Counted from the stretch's first letter, positions 11,913 through 25,718 are shown. The stretch is 64,000 nucleotides of DNA from Eukaryota sp. GEM-RC1 (GCA_040285855.1 JAUFOQ010000003.1:1488001-1552000); one strand, 5' to 3'. Numbers and translations: made by a program. The notes: generated from the letters alone by a model not told the origin.

Positions 11913-14773
11913 TTAAATAATTAAATCGTGTTCTGGGAGACTATAAATGTTGCCATTGCGATCATCATCTACAATTGTTGGGTAAAACGCCGGTAATACA
12001 TCTTCAGATCCTATTCTTAGCATATTATAAACACCACAATACCGTTCTCTAACTTTCCTAGCAGAGAAGAACAACCCTTGTAGAGTGTAAAGTAACAAGG
12101 TACCAGGACCTAGACCTACTCTAAGAGCTTCAATAGCATCAATAAAGGATACAATCATTGGTATCGATGGTTCTAGAATATTAGGCCAAATATAGTTCAA
12201 CAAGTGTAACAGAGCATCCTCTGCTGAATGACCTACCACCCCATAGGCTAAATGTCTAACAGCGGTGCAAGCTGTCTGTCTATGTACAAGGTCAGCGTCA
12301 ATTAAAGCATCTTGAAGTAAAGGTACTAGTGCATAAACATAGTCTCGACATTTCTCGGCCATATATTCACAAATGTAAGAAATCGCTTTTAAAACACCGT
12401 TTTGGATATTTAATGAAGGTGTCTTGTACTCAACGAAAAGAGCAGGAAGTACAGTAAAAGGGCCACACGTGTCAGCAACTACAGCAACTGCAAGAGTTGT
12501 GGCCAGTCTGTTTTGACGTTCTTGAACCCTGAGATTGTTTAAGAGGGTTAGTAAAACATCAGAAGGACCGATGGCTTGAGCAATCGATCCAATGGCTGCA
12601 ATTGCACTCTTTCGGACATTCTTACGTGATGACGATAGATTTTCAATCAACTCAAAAACAATTCTGAGCCATTCTTTTGGTGACGCCGAGTCAGGAGCTT
12701 TTTGAGCTATTGAAGAGATCAAAGAAGCAACTGCAAACTGCACGTCCTCCTGTTTGTTACGTAAAATATTTGACATTTTTAAAATAAACTCGGCTGGTTC
12801 AGGCCGAAGCTCCTCCGCACCTAGAACCTCCAAACAAGCTAAACACGCGTGTAACACCGCAGCTAACACGTCAGGGTACTCCTCTGATAAACATTCAAAG
12901 AATACCATTGAAAGTCTTTTCAAGTCTTGTCCGCAGTCGCATTGGATAAAGAGTTGAGCAACAGTAGACAAAACTTTGGCTGAAGAAGTTCTTACACGTG
13001 ATGATTTGTGAGCCATGAGATCAATCAATATTTCAGAAAATTGATAGAGGTAACGTGATGCTCTAACTCCGAAAGCGGAAAGTCCGACTCCAAAGTACTT
13101 AGTAAGGATCATTGTATCCTCATCACTTTCCAAAAGGGTGAACAAATAACCATCAATGAGCTTTTCTTCAAGACGATCGTTGACATCTTCAAGTCCATAA
13201 AGTGACAATATTGAGCTACTAGCCTCTAAAGCCATCGATCTCATTACTGAGAGTGAATCATGAAGAAAATTTGATAAATATTTTAAAATTGTCGATGAAC
13301 CCACTTTCCCAGCAAATGCCAACGTCGTCTCAATCAGAGAGCGTGATAATTTCCTATCTAAAACATTACGTCTATTCCATAAATTCTGCATTAGGGACGG
13401 GACAATCTCTTTTTTAACAAATTCTGCAGTGGCACCTTCAGTAGTGACGATCTTTTTAACAACTGATATGATTGTTCTCTTGATTAACTCATCATGTGAA
13501 GAACTTTCTTGAATAACTCGACTAATGATACTAGCGGCAAAAGAAAGAGCTTCAGGGCCAGTTAATAACTGGAAAACTGAACCTGCTAATCTGAGAAACG
13601 AGGCAAGCAACTTCCCTCTTGATCCTCTAATTTCGTCTTTGATAACATGTAAGTACTTTCGAAAGACATCTCCCCCAAAAGGAGCACAAGCTTCAGCCAG
13701 AGAAGCCATTGCCAACACGGCAGCGTTCAAAACCCCAGGATCTTTGTCGTTGAGTAAAAGAGGACCAGAGACGTTGACCAGGGAGTTTAGGTGGGGAAGA
13801 ACGGAGAAGGAAAGAGAATTGGCAATCTTTTCAATTGATTTTTGAGCTGTATATCGTGGTTCTGTTGACTTTGATTGACTTGCGGCTGACAAAAAGGAAT
13901 GATCTTATCAGTTCCAAAAGAGGCAGCTGTTACAGAGATGACGTTAGCTGCAATCAATCTCTTGCCCACGTCAGCACTCATTACTTCTGACCTAACAGAG
14001 TCGTAAACAGTTGACAATCCTACAAAGGTAACTAGATTCCCAATCACAGTCCTTGATGACAGTCGGATTGACCGATCATCTGAAATAAGCATTGGACCAA
14101 GAATAGAAAGTAATTTCTTAGCATAAGGTCTACAAAGATCTTTAAAGTAATGGTTCACACCGTCCAAAAGTCTAATTAAATGAAGGATATCCAGGGAATT
14201 AAGGTTGGGAATCGAAAACATTGGAATTACGGACTCGTATAAGGTCTTGGGTCCGATAGAATTGTCAGAAATCTGGTCATAAAGGAACTTCAAGTTTCGC
14301 TTTCTTTGGAAAGGAGTACCATAGCGTAGAAATAACAGAATTCGTTTGACCCGTCGAGATGCCTTTACGTCAGCTGAATCATTAGTGTCAATCTCTCTTC
14401 CTTCAAAGTTGAGACCTTCAAGAGCTCCCTCAAAGAACTTTTCTTCATCAGGGTGAATTGGAGGAAGTCCTAGTACAGCAGGGGATATTGAAGAGGTTTT
14501 AAGGACAGTTGAGGGGAACTCTTCTAAGGAAGGTTCTGGGGAGGGTTCTCGAACTCTAGGTCTGGCAAACTTTTCTGGAGGCCAAAGGACTTCGTAGCCA
14601 GCAGAAGGACCGGGAAGAATGATATCAAGTTCAGAATTGACCCATGGTTTATTAAGTTCTGCATGTAAGAACCTCTTAGTGAGAAGATACTCGAGTTGTT
14701 TGTCAGTTGATTTGGTTTTCTCAACAGGTGTTACATCCCATCTACTCTTCTTTTTGGGTGGGATAACTGACAT
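11913..14773 (-). CDS. SF3B1: Splicing factor 3B subunit 1 (~953 aa; one 1-nt homopolymer indel at 13891-13895)
   Basis: KKKSRWDVTP, EEYPDVLA, KEWLRIVFELIE, AIGPSDVLLTLLNNLRVQERQNR, CGPFTVLPAL, DADLVHRQTA, HLLNYIWPNI, ARKVR. Confidence 0.95.
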
Positions 14774-14862
14774 GGCGAAATTTAAGTTTCAAAACTGTAC
14801 AAACACAATCTCCTAGTCTCATCAATACAAGCACTTAGACCTCCCTTGCAAAGTGAAGGCTG

Positions 14863-15402
14863 ATGTTTACTTTCTTTGAACTCAACTTCTCACCACATCT
14901 TTTCCCCCAACTACGAAATATCAATCCTTTAAGACTGGAGTTTGAACTATTTACAGAAGCTGCACCCTCAATCACATCTCAATTCATCAGTCTTTGTAGA
15001 GGTGTCAAGTTGAATGGTAGGTTTACATCCTATAGAAACTGTTCTTTTTGGAGAATAGTGCCTGGTTACATGGCTTTTAGTGGTGACATTGAAAGAAATA
15101 ATGGTTCAGGACATGTTACCCTTGATTCTGAAAAATTCTTACAGTATGAAGACAGTGGTAAGACACATGATGCCAGAGGACTTCTTACTACAAATAACCA
15201 GACGAGATCTACGGTTGATTCACAGTTTATTATTACTCTAAAGCCATGTGAATGGCTAGATGATAGACATACTGTCTTCGGACGAGTTACAGCAGAGACA
15301 GAGTCAAATTTAGTGTGGTTAGACAAAGCAGGTGCTCTAGCAACTCCTTTGCCTTTAGATGCTGTTACAATAGTGAACTGTGGAATCGTGAATCACAGGT
15401 GA
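14863..15402 (+). CDS. Cyclophilin-type PPIase-like protein (divergent)
   Basis: FELFTEAAP, FISLC, SFWRIVPGYM..GD, SQFIITL, WLDDRHTVFGRV. Confidence 0.9.
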   Translation: MFTFFELNFSPHLFPQLRNINPLRLEFELFTEAAPSITSQFISLCRGVKLNGRFTSYRNCSFWRIVPGYMAFSGDIERNNGSGHVTLDSEKFLQYEDSGKTHDARGLLTTNNQTRSTVDSQFIITLKPCEWLDDRHTVFGRVTAETESNLVWLDKAGALATPLPLDAVTIVNCGIVNHR

Positions 15403-15432
15403 TTTAGGTGAATGATATTTTACAAAAATTAG

Positions 15433-16236
15433 TTAAGAATACAATCGCAATGCAAATATTACTCCAATTTCAACATGATGTCCTAGAATTGCTTCAGATA
15501 TTTTGACATCTTGAATACTAGAAGACTGTATTCGATAAGTGTCGTCAATAACAAAAGTAACAGAATGGTCACCTATTTGTAATTGAACTGTGTCATCAGA
15601 TATCCGTAGTGATTGGTCTAGTGACACAAATCGACTCAAAAGATCTTGGGAAACATTCAAGTACTCTAGAAGGTTGGTTGGCAGAGAGTGGCGAGTTGAG
15701 AGCTTTGTCTTGAGTTCATTGATTGCAGATTGTTCACCCAATATTTCTTCATTATTTGATTGAATATCCTGCAAATGCTGATTCCTACTCCTAGCATTCT
15801 CCAACTGATTGACAGCAGATTCAATCTGATTCGATACTGATTTGATCTCGATACTGTTGTCCTCGCATAAGTTATATGTATGAAGACAGGAGTCAACAAC
15901 AGTTATCAATTCTGACCGAACGACATTTAATGAACGTATAGCTTCTTTTAAGTTAGATACGTGGGAACTAATTTTTGACTGGGACACATCAACGGAATCG
16001 ACAGAAGATATGTAATCTGGATTGGAAAGGCATCGAAGAGCAGACTTTTCATTAGTTAATTTACATAATTCACATAGAAAATTGGACAGCTTTGAATGTT
16101 GTGTACTGACAGAGTCAAAAGTTTTGTTCTCTTTACCAGCAATTGAAAGGGGATCCAGGGAAGGGAAGAAAGATGTACACTCCTGAAGTTCTGCAGTGCA
16201 ACAATTTGCTTCAATAAGAAGCGAATCAATGTCCAT
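15433..16236 (-). CDS. Hypothetical coiled-coil protein
   Basis: Intact ORF with ATG at 16236 (MDIDSLL), heptad-rich middle and small beta-rich C-terminus; no family recognised. Confidence 0.65.
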   Translation of the reverse strand: MDIDSLLIEANCCTAELQECTSFFPSLDPLSIAGKENKTFDSVSTQHSKLSNFLCELCKLTNEKSALRCLSNPDYISSVDSVDVSQSKISSHVSNLKEAIRSLNVVRSELITVVDSCLHTYNLCEDNSIEIKSVSNQIESAVNQLENARSRNQHLQDIQSNNEEILGEQSAINELKTKLSTRHSLPTNLLEYLNVSQDLLSRFVSLDQSLRISDDTVQLQIGDHSVTFVIDDTYRIQSSSIQDVKISEAILGHHVEIGVIFALRLYS

Positions 16237-16283
16237 TAGAGAGGAAAATGAAAACAAAATAAACAATTTTCCACTGCTACTGA

Positions 16284-17745
16284 ATGGTTTCTTCCAGATC
16301 CCTCTATCAACTTCATGTCCAACAGGCTCGTACTCGAGAAACTCAGGACCAATCTTACTCCAATTACGTCAATTCTCACTATGGAACTGTCTCTAACTGT
16401 ACTTCTGAAGACCGAGTTGAATATCTTCGAAGGTGTCGTCAGCAACAGGAAATTGAACATGAACGGCGTATGTATGAAACTCTCAAAGATGCTGAACTGA
16501 AAAAAATCCAATCTCAACAGCTCCGCCATCAAGAAGAAGCTCTTGCTCTTGAACTTGCCAAAGAAAAACGCAAAACTGAAGCAGAACAACGTTTCCGACA
16601 GAAACTCCGCCAAGAAAGTGAAGAACTACGGGAACTTGAAGCCAAACTAAAAGATGCTCAAATGATTCATGAGGTGCAGTCCCAGATTGACCATCGACGA
16701 CAAGTCTTGGAAAATGAGAAGTTGGAGGTACATGAACAAGATGAAAGAATCAGGAAGCATATCGAAGAAGAACGCAAAAGAGAACAAGATGAAGCTTGGA
16801 ACAATAGACTGTGTGAGTTCGAACACAAGCAAGTTCTTGCTGACCAGATTAACCAGAAAAGACACATCATTAAAGCCGAAGAAGAAGAACAAAAGAAGGC
16901 TGAAGACTCGATGGTTAGAGCTATCATGGATAGAATTCTCAACGAGGATCGTAAGATGAAGGAAAAAGAAGCTAAGAAACAGGAGGAGAATGCAGAAGTT
17001 CCTCAGTCATCATATGAGAGTTAGGTCTCAAAAGCTTTCTGATGAACAACGACGAGAAGAGGAAGAAGAAAGAGCCAGGGAGGAGTATAGAAGGAAGGTT
17101 CTACTTGAAGAACAACAGCGATTGGCTGAGCGGAAACAACAAGCTTTTGAGCATGATCTTATGGTGGAAAAACTTGCTGACGATGCTAGACGTCGATCAC
17201 AAGAACGTGAGGAATACCTTGAAGCAGTCCAGCTGTTAAGGGAAGAGGAAGCAGCTCTTAAACAACAACAGGATGAGCTGGAACTCAGAGAAAAAACTGC
17301 CCAGAGAAGACGTCAGATGAGGGATTCACTGGAGGAAGCTAAGATTGCTAAGGCGAGGAGACAAGAGTTGGAGAGGCAAGAAGAAGAACGGATTGCTAGG
17401 ATGATGGTGCAAAAGTTCCAAGATGAAGAACGTATGGAAAGAGAATCGCAAGAAAGACGTCGTTTGGCAGAAATCAAACACTTTGAGGAAATGGCTCAAG
17501 TTCAACGACGAAAAGAAGAGATCATTGCAGCAGAACGTAGGGTACTCCTTGAAGTTCAAGAAAGAGAGCGTGAAGAGGAGGAAATGAGAAGGAGAATCAT
17601 TCAAGAAGAACGAGAGTCGTTGATTGCCCAGCATGCTCATATACTTGCCCATAGTAGAGTTCCAAAGGGTTTATTTAAGGATGAAAAAGAGCGAGAGTTT
17701 GTTATGGGATTAGTTCCAGATCATTTACGAGGAGGGTTTGATTGA
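16284..17745 (+). CDS. MNS1: MNS1-like axonemal coiled-coil (trichoplein-family) protein; frame break near 16990
   Basis: RQKLRQESEELRELEAKLK and the C-terminal IIQEERESLIAQHA...PKGLFKDE match MNS1; strongly E/R/Q-rich. Confidence 0.75.
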
Positions 17746-18942
17746 GAAAAGTCTATAGATTTTTAAAAAATTGTGAAAACTTGAAGTTTGGCATTTCAAG
17801 TCTTTCTGTAAAATATTCAAAATTAATTATTATTCTTGTTATTTCCTACTGGTGTGAGCAAATTTCATGCATATGTGAGCAAAGTTCACTTTTCACACAA
17901 ATTTTCCCGGCAAATAAAGGTCTGCTATAACATCATGAGTTACATACTACAGCTTACATTACAATAAAGGGACCCATAGACTGTTGGAATCGACGTGAAT
18001 CGACTGTTTGTCAGATTCATCATCTCATAGGTCGTAAAAGTTGCAGAGCAGTCATTATCACATCAATGCAACATAACCACACTTTTCAGATGTCAGACTC
18101 ATTGTTTAGACATACATCGATCTACATCTTAGTGTTGTCCTTATGCTTAGTTTCTTCTCTGATCTGGCCCAAATTGTCAAGTTAGTCACACTGTGATAAT
18201 CAGTTAACGTTGGTGTCATGAGTTATGTAAGAAGATCTATTGATTGTCAGAGTTTATCATTCCAAATAGTCACTACCCGATAGCACAGAGAGATCAACAA
18301 TTGATACCGTAAATGTACATCAATCTGCTACTTATAAAATTGAGCACATGTTCCCATCCGTGTAGAGAGATAGTCCATGTATAAAAAAGATCATTGTTGG
18401 GAGAAACACAAAGATAGTGGATTTCCTCGATCCCCAAGCAAAGAGTCAATCACATGACATCAGTATAGATGAATTGGTAACTTTTCGAACAAGAAAGTCT
18501 TTCATTTCGTGGAGATTGCCTAGTTGTTGTTCAAATTCTATCACAGAGTCGAAGTTAGAGCCTAAGCTAAGATATAACATGTTCATGATACAAAAAGATG
18601 CTGAAAGTGTAACCAAAATCATCTACTGAAGTGTTAAAGATGCTGAAGTATGTATAGAGGTCATCAAAAGACTTTCATAGGTCGTAATATAGAGGTTTTA
18701 TGTGTGTGAAAAGGTGTGAGACAAATCACAAAAGTGGTGAATTATGCATTACACATGAAAACACCAGTAAATTGAGTTAGACTTTTTTTTTCACAGAACA
18801 TTGTCGCAACTGCATTCTATTGTCCATTGCGCTTGTTCACAATAACAATACCACAACGTTCGATACCTAGGTTTATTGAATTATCACGTGATAATTATCA
18901 TGAAGTAGGATAAGAACTCTGGTAGTGTTGACCAGGAACTTT

Positions 18943-19549
18943 CTGTGTCTAGTGTTTCGTAGTATTTGGCAATAATTAATTCAAATAATTAATGCTACTG
19001 ACAACTGTAGTGTAACGACTACAGTTTCCGATTTAGTTACATAATTAGAAAGTACAATTATCCGCTGCCACTTTAGTAATACACTGGTTTGTCTAATTAG
19101 TCTCACTAAAACAAGTTTGCTGATGAGACTAATTATTTGATTATTTTACCATTTTCTATTACTATTCATTGCGATACACTATCGCTCAAATTTCAGCATA
19201 TTTCCATTATGTTCTTCAACAAGCATGTACCTGTTTAATTGTTCGAAGAGAGTCCATGTCTAACTACAGCTTTTCTAGTCCGTAATACCATCAAAATCCC
19301 AATTATCTTTGTTGGAGGTAATAACAGCATGGCTTTCAGGTCGAGCGATGCGTGCTTAAACGAAACCAAATGCTGCAAGGTTCGTCATGAAAAGACATGT
19401 GAATAGATAGTGTATAGGAAAAGAAAAATGGAAAACTATACACCGTGTATTTTTGATTATAGTCTCACTGACAAATTTCAAAGGTCAATGTTAGCATTAG
19501 TCTCACTGAGACTAAATTGCTGACGAGACTAATTGAATCTAGACACAGG
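18943..19549. mobile_element. Probable MITE remnant
   Basis: Short inverted ends CTGTGTCTAG...CTAGACACAG and repeated ATTAGTCTCACT/GAGACTAATT subterminal motifs. Confidence 0.4.
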
Positions 19550-19591
19550 TGATGTGACAGCAAAACTTTTTATTATTTGTAACATCATCTG

Positions 19592-22099
19592 ATGGAAAAC
19601 CAACAAGATCTTCGGCTGCAGACCTTCCGCTTTCTTGCTAAATCTATTGAACTAAGATGTAATAAAAGCATTGAACGTTGCGCTCTACGATTCGAAATCG
19701 GTGGAGATTACATTGAACATGATCTACGACATGAAGGCAGAGGCGTTGAGTCAGAAGGCACTCACGGACCTTTTGTTACCTCTTCAGTTCTCTCCTCTCT
19801 CTCCAGTGGCTCTTCACACTCATATCCTTATATCATGGCCAGAAAGTTTTCTCTTTCACCTGAAAACCTGGTTACTCAAGATCTCATAATAACTCTCCAA
19901 TCACGTCCTCTCATTCGTAAATGGAAAAGAGAAACCATCGCTCATGCTCGCGTTCCCATCTCCGATATAATTAGTGGAAGTGGTGTTCTAAAACTTGGAC
20001 TAAAGAAAGGAGAAGGAAGTTGCTGCTGCCTATCGTAAAACGGCAACAGCTGGGTCTGATCCTGTCACTCTCTCCTGCCTGCTCTTCCTTGAGCCCAGTG
20101 TCACGTCATGCCTAACCTTTAAGGAAGGAGGTCTCTCGGTTTATCCTCTGCCTGAAAAGGTTGGAAGTAACGGCAAAGGTGGGCTTTGGAAATGGTAACG
20201 CAACCTCCTCAGGAATGTTGATTGGAGTGATTAAGAAGTCTAAACTGGTCAAAGTAACTGGTCAAGTAAAGATCAGGGGCACTGCACCTTCCTGTTTTGC
20301 AAATGGATATCTCGAAATCTGTCTCAAAATGGAAGGAGTCGAAATCATGTGTCAATCATCATTATATCCTGTTTTGCAATCAAATGTAGTATCTGCAACT
20401 GCTATCAATCACGTTTCTAAGAAATCATTTATTGTTACTTTCCATTTGAATTTGTCCTATGATGACGTTGACTTTCCTCTTTTGCCTAATACGAGACCGC
20501 TTCCCTTTCTTTCCTCTGATCACGATTTAGGCAACAGGAGTCACTTGTTAGTGCTTCTGCCTAAAAGAATTACAAATCCACCCATGGAAAGTCGTCTAGA
20601 TTCAGTCAATGGAGTTTCCGAAATCACTGCGACCTTTATGACGTATGGTTGCCACTCCAGCTCAATCGTTCCGCAATCATTTGAAAATCGTGATTTTGGA
20701 TTCTTGCCTTATCTTCCAAATGCTGATATCACAGTCGTGTTGCATCGTGGTCGTAGGTTCTTGGGAGTATCATCTATTCCAGTATCAAATTTGATTGATT
20801 TGTTAGAAAGTCCGAAGAAGTCCATGGAGAAAATTCCTAATTTATATTCTTCTGAACCTCATCCCAGAACTTGTTTTGGATTCTCTCAGCTGTTTTGTAT
20901 AGGTAGAAGAGAAAATCAATCAAATCTGATTGAAGGCAACTCCAATTCATGTAAGATCAAAATCAATGATTCAGAGTTGACCGTTGAGCTCTTTTGATTG
21001 GTCCCACACACTCTGGCACTGAAATACACAGAATCAAGTCAGCAGAGTTAGTAGAATCAGGTGACCAATCAAAAATGATTGAAGATCAACCTTCCCCCAT
21101 TAAATGCTTCGAATCTGACGTTTTTGGAACCGTTTACTTACCACATCTTCTCACTTCTATTCCTTGTGAAACTTTGGAATTTGCCATCAGATTTTGTTAT
21201 TTTCTTGAGGATTCTGGTGATTCCTCTCTTTCAAAACAAAAAGAGCTCGTGTTTCCACACTTGGTAATGTTTTTGGTCAATCGTCCAATCTTTCAAAATC
21301 ATTCCTATTTGGAAGTCTATTATTAGGTCTTGGTTATCCATCAATTGTGATGTATGTTGAATCTGATAGCACTTGCTTTAATGGTGCTATAATTAATAAC
21401 ACTTTTATTGTTTTTGATTTAAACAATATGCTCTATTTCTCTGATGATGCTGTTGATGACGTGATAGATCAGTTTTTCTCTTCTAGTATTGATATTTTAC
21501 AAAAGTTTCCTTCAATTTCATTTATTGTGAAGCCAAACGAGATAATTAAGCCTGAACTCGAGTTTACAGTTCAAAGAGCTCTCAGAATACTTCAATCAGG
21601 GTCGGAAGTCGATGGCAATCATGTCACCCACTTTCCTGTTTTAAAGAGCTCACCAATCTTTTCTCTATCCCCACTACCTAGTCTCTCTTTACTTCAGGCG
21701 ACAGAACTTGCAGATAGAATTCAATTAGAACTCAACGGATATTTCTCAGTCAAAGGACTGTCAGTATTTAAAACAGATCCAAAATTGATTGTTTCAATTC
21801 GCAGTTTTTTGAAATATTACAACCCAAATTTAAACTCAGAACAATCAATGAAAATTTTGTCTTCTATCAGAGATGTACTTCCTACTTGTGTTTCTTGTAA
21901 TTCTAGGATTTATTCTGTTAAATCAATTTATCCCAGAATTGTTCGAGATTTAGTACTATCAAATTCAAAGGACTTCTTCGAATCAATTAAAAAAGAGGAT
22001 GAAGTGTGTGCAATTGTATATGTTAAAAGTGTGTCTAGCGCTGTTTCTGCTGATATTTTAATAATGGACATTTCTAAATATTCTGCCGATTCTAATTAA
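19592..22099 (+). CDS. Large hypothetical protein with possible C2-like domains, split into 4 ORFs by small indels
   Basis: Collinear same-strand ORFs (19592, 20161, 20994, 21347) bridged by +/-1 shifts. ETIAHARVPISDI and RFLGVSSIPVSNL resemble C2-domain terminal strands. Confidence 0.55.
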
Positions 22100-22458
22100 T
22101 TTTTTTGTTGTATAAATTTCCGTGTATTGTTATTTAACTCCTTGATTGATTGGTTGATGAGACGTCCTTCGTAGAAATATATGCATATTCTTATATTACT
22201 GGTGGGGGATACTTCGATGTTAAGTTTGCTCCGTTCTTACTTTCAATTAAAAGTTTCAATGTATAATTACAAGATTCAGTAAAATGCGTTGTTTTCATTT
22301 GTAAAAAAATGTTCACTTACATAATTTTTTTTGACTGACAAGTTTTATTGACAACACTACAGTATACATACATCTAATAAACTTACATAATTAGTCTGCA
22401 AACATACAAATATACGTCAACTGAGTTGAGCTGAGGTCATGAAACTGATCAAGGTAAA

Positions 22459-22840
22459 TTGGTGATCTATAATATAGTTAACAAGCAAAGAAAGTATGAT
22501 GATCCTTTGAAAGACCTGAAACACATTGTCCATGTTGAATATTCACTTGTCCCATTTGCGATTTCCATATATGGTAGATTAGGCAAATTGGCCTTGAAGT
22601 TCCTTGATGAATTTGCAAAGGTTGTAGCTCGTAGAACTAACAAAATATTTGATCGTTCTTTTGGCAGAACCGAATTGTCTTTACGATTCTAAAGGCAGTT
22701 CCCGCAATGATTTCAAAAGCTTTGTTATCCCTAAGTGTGTTTTATGAAGACAAAGCTTCAACAAGGTTCGATTCGAAGGAATCTTGTTTTGATGACATTG
22801 AGTATTAGATCATCTTTTTTATTTTCGAATAAATACTAGT
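22459..22840 (+). mobile_element. CRE-like retrotransposon 3' fragment (second family)
   Basis: KQRKY...PFAISIYGRLGKLALKFL...WQNRIVF; restriction-like endonuclease C-terminus followed by AATAAA. Confidence 0.7.
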
Positions 22841-23703
22841 TAGAGAAAAATAATAATATAGTTTAATGTTCTTGTTCATTACGGAATCAAAAATGCATAA
22901 CAGACTGTCTATTTTCCATCCCAGGGATCAGACAAACATATTGCAATAAATATTTCATAGAAAATCAATTCCAATTAATTCTATTCATCTGAATTCGCAG
23001 GAGTAGGTTTCACTCGTTAGAAAAATCTGCTCTTTTAGCAGGAGTCCAGAAATTTATAAAATTTTTAAATTTATAAACGTTTTCCAGTGTATAGAATTAC
23101 TCTGTTGAATTCCAATAATTGTCGGTGGATTCAATCTGCAAAAGATCTGGTATCATCCTTGTCTCCTGAAGTGTGGGAATCTTTGTTCCCTGGTTACTTA
23201 AATGAGGCTCCTTGAAAAAATATTTCATCTCTACCATTTGCTGTATGTAAACTGCAAAGTAAATTGACAAAGGAGTTTGATCTCTTGGACTTTCATAATC
23301 GTATTAGCTGGGCTAAAACTAATAGTCCCGAGTTCGCTGCTCTTTTAATGGACCTTTGTTACAGTGGACCTTCTGGATTTATTTCTCAAATTCCAAATGT
23401 GCTTGGATTGTGCATTTATCTGATGAAGCTTGGATGATCAAGCTTGCGCCTTCGATTGGCTATTTGGCCTGCAAATGTATTAAACTATTCAACTTGCTCT
23501 TGTGATGCTTATGGTTTTTTTGTCGTTTAATTAATTGTCGTTCTTATATTCATCTACGCTCAGTTATTCATGATGGTGTACGTGATTCTTGTTAATCCAC
23601 GTTTAAGCACATGGCTTTCATTCTAAAGTTGAACCAGTTTTGAATCAACTTTCAGAATATGAATTTTGAGATCATTAAGGAGGATATCTTCATACTCCAT
23701 ATC

Positions 23704-25718
23704 CAGGGATAGGAAATATTGGATTGGCAATATATTGGTATTGGAAAACAGCTCACCAATCAATACAGTACTGGCTCCAGTATATTGCCAATATTGCTAT
23801 ATATATAGATTGTATAGTTAATACACTTGAATTAAACAAAGACATATTACTACATGTAGTACTTAAAAGATATCAAATGCAAAACGTATCCAAATTTTTT
23901 TACTACAAAAAGAAATAAAACAATTTGTTGTGTACAAATAGTCTAAACTCCATCTCCATCAACGATTTCATCTTTTTCAGACAAGTGGGATTGGCAAGCA
24001 CTTCGAATAGTTTTCACATTCCAAAGACTTCGATTGTAGTGCAGCCATAACTGTTGCTCAAGTCTTTCTGACGATAACTTATGAAATCGATTTTGGCCCA
24101 TACAAGGCTCAATGCGAGAAAATAATCTTTCCACTTCAACAGCAGTTGCAGGCAGGGGTGGGAAAACAATATTGCTCTTCCAATATTGCAATAAATATTG
24201 CTCCAATATTTATTTCCGCTCTTTGAGGTGGAGCAATATTTATTGTTACACAGGTTAATTATTGCAATATTGCAATATTGCCGATATACTTTGTGTTGTT
24301 CATTTCGTTGTTTTGCATCACCATTTGGACTTCCAAAACCATTGTTGTTGTCTTATGTGTTTAAATATAACGAGAGTTGTTTTATCGGTAATGATTTCTA
24401 GTTGTTATATTGTGATGATGTCTGTCATTTGAGCTCAGTTCGAGTCTTTACTGACGTACAATGTTAATTCATTCCCCTGAAGTGATTTTCTCTTAAGCCC
24501 TCCAGTCTTGTAATGCAAATAATGATGAAAGAAATAAAGCTTGGACTTTAAAAACCGTATTAGCTTGGCTAAGACTAAAAGTCCCGCTTTTTGTGCTTTT
24601 TGAATGATATTTCTTCAAGCGCTGCGTCTTCATTTGTTTCTCGTTTACCAAGAAAATTTTGTTTTAATCTTAAGGATCATGAATGGCTTAAAAACATGAG
24701 ACTTAGGTTAGGTTTATGGCTTTCAGGTCTTTTGAAGCATTCTCCATGTCTTTGTGGTCGTTCAAAGGCTTCAAATTTTCATCATTTAGTTAACTGTCAT
24801 CAATTTATTCATTTTCGATCAATTATTCACAACAGTATCCGAGATACATGTTTGGATATGTTTAAGGCTAATGGTTTTCATGGAAAAATTGAACCTTTAC
24901 TTGCTAATCTTTCTGATCAGCCAAAAGTTGATAGAAGTCGTGGTGATTTGATTGGTCCTTGGTTATCTTGTCAGGAAATTATCATGGATTTCATGACGGT
25001 TGATCCTTGTAATTCAAGATCAATTTCCAAAATATTTGATGATGATTTTTCTGCTCTTGAAGTGGCTGAAAAAGGAAAAAATACAAAGTACTGTCACTTA
25101 ATTAACCAATTGAATGTTGACAGGTACAATTCTTTTGTGTTTCAACCTTTTGCGATGTCCATATACGGTAATATTGGACCAGCTACACAAGGTTTTTTAA
25201 CTTCTTTTGGTAAATTGTGTTCTGAGTATGGTAAAGTTTTTAATGAAAATTTTTGGTTGAGTAGGTTAACGTTTGCGTTGTTTCGTTCAATGCACAGATA
25301 TTTTAATTCAATTTTAGGTAAGTTGTTCGGTGATGGACAGAAGGATCATAGTTTAGATACTTTAGTTATTGTCTGTTAGTTATTAACTTCTGCAAATGCA
25401 TTTATTTTTTATTGCAATATTGTTTTCCCACACCTGGTTGCAGGAATGAACTCTAAGTTTTTCGTTTTCAAATCTCTCCACACACACATTTCCAGGATTC
25501 CTGGTTGTCAATTGTTGACTGCAGGGTATAAAAGACCCCACAAACGACTTTGTTGTCTGGCACGTAAGGGAAGAAAAAAGTAAATTTGTTGTTTTATTAG
25601 AAACATATTGTATTGGCAATATTGGCAATATACTGATATTGAAAAACAGTGGATCAATCAATATGTATTGATATTGATTGGCAATATTGGATTGGCAATT
25701 CAATATTTCCCACCCCTG
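23704..25718. mobile_element. hAT-family non-autonomous composite element
   Basis: Ends CAGGGATAGGAAATATTG / CAATATTTCCCACCCCTG with an 8-bp TSD TCCATATC/TCCATAAC (7/8). Holds a hAT dimerisation-domain fragment PATAVEVERLFS...RLEQQLWLHYN (24150-23943, minus) and an internal extra end CAGGGGTGGGAAAAC at 24153. Confidence 0.85.
24540..25410 (+). mobile_element. CRE-like retrotransposon 3' fragment (third family) nested inside the hAT element
   Basis: ORF 24591-25379: MRLRLG, CLCG..HHLVNC zinc knuckle, HNSIRD, RGDL..DFMTVDP, AEKGKNTKY, FQPFAMSIYG (RLE domain). Confidence 0.85.

Noticed and set aside
16236..17652. Hydrophobic F/L/S-rich antisense ORFs
   Set aside because: Shadow ORFs of the GAA/AAG-rich MNS1 coding strand.
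18417..18629. ISIDELVTFRTRKSF resembles the piggyBac SIDE..V.F.GR motif
   Set aside because: Single weak motif; no further catalytic motifs or TTAA/TIR found.
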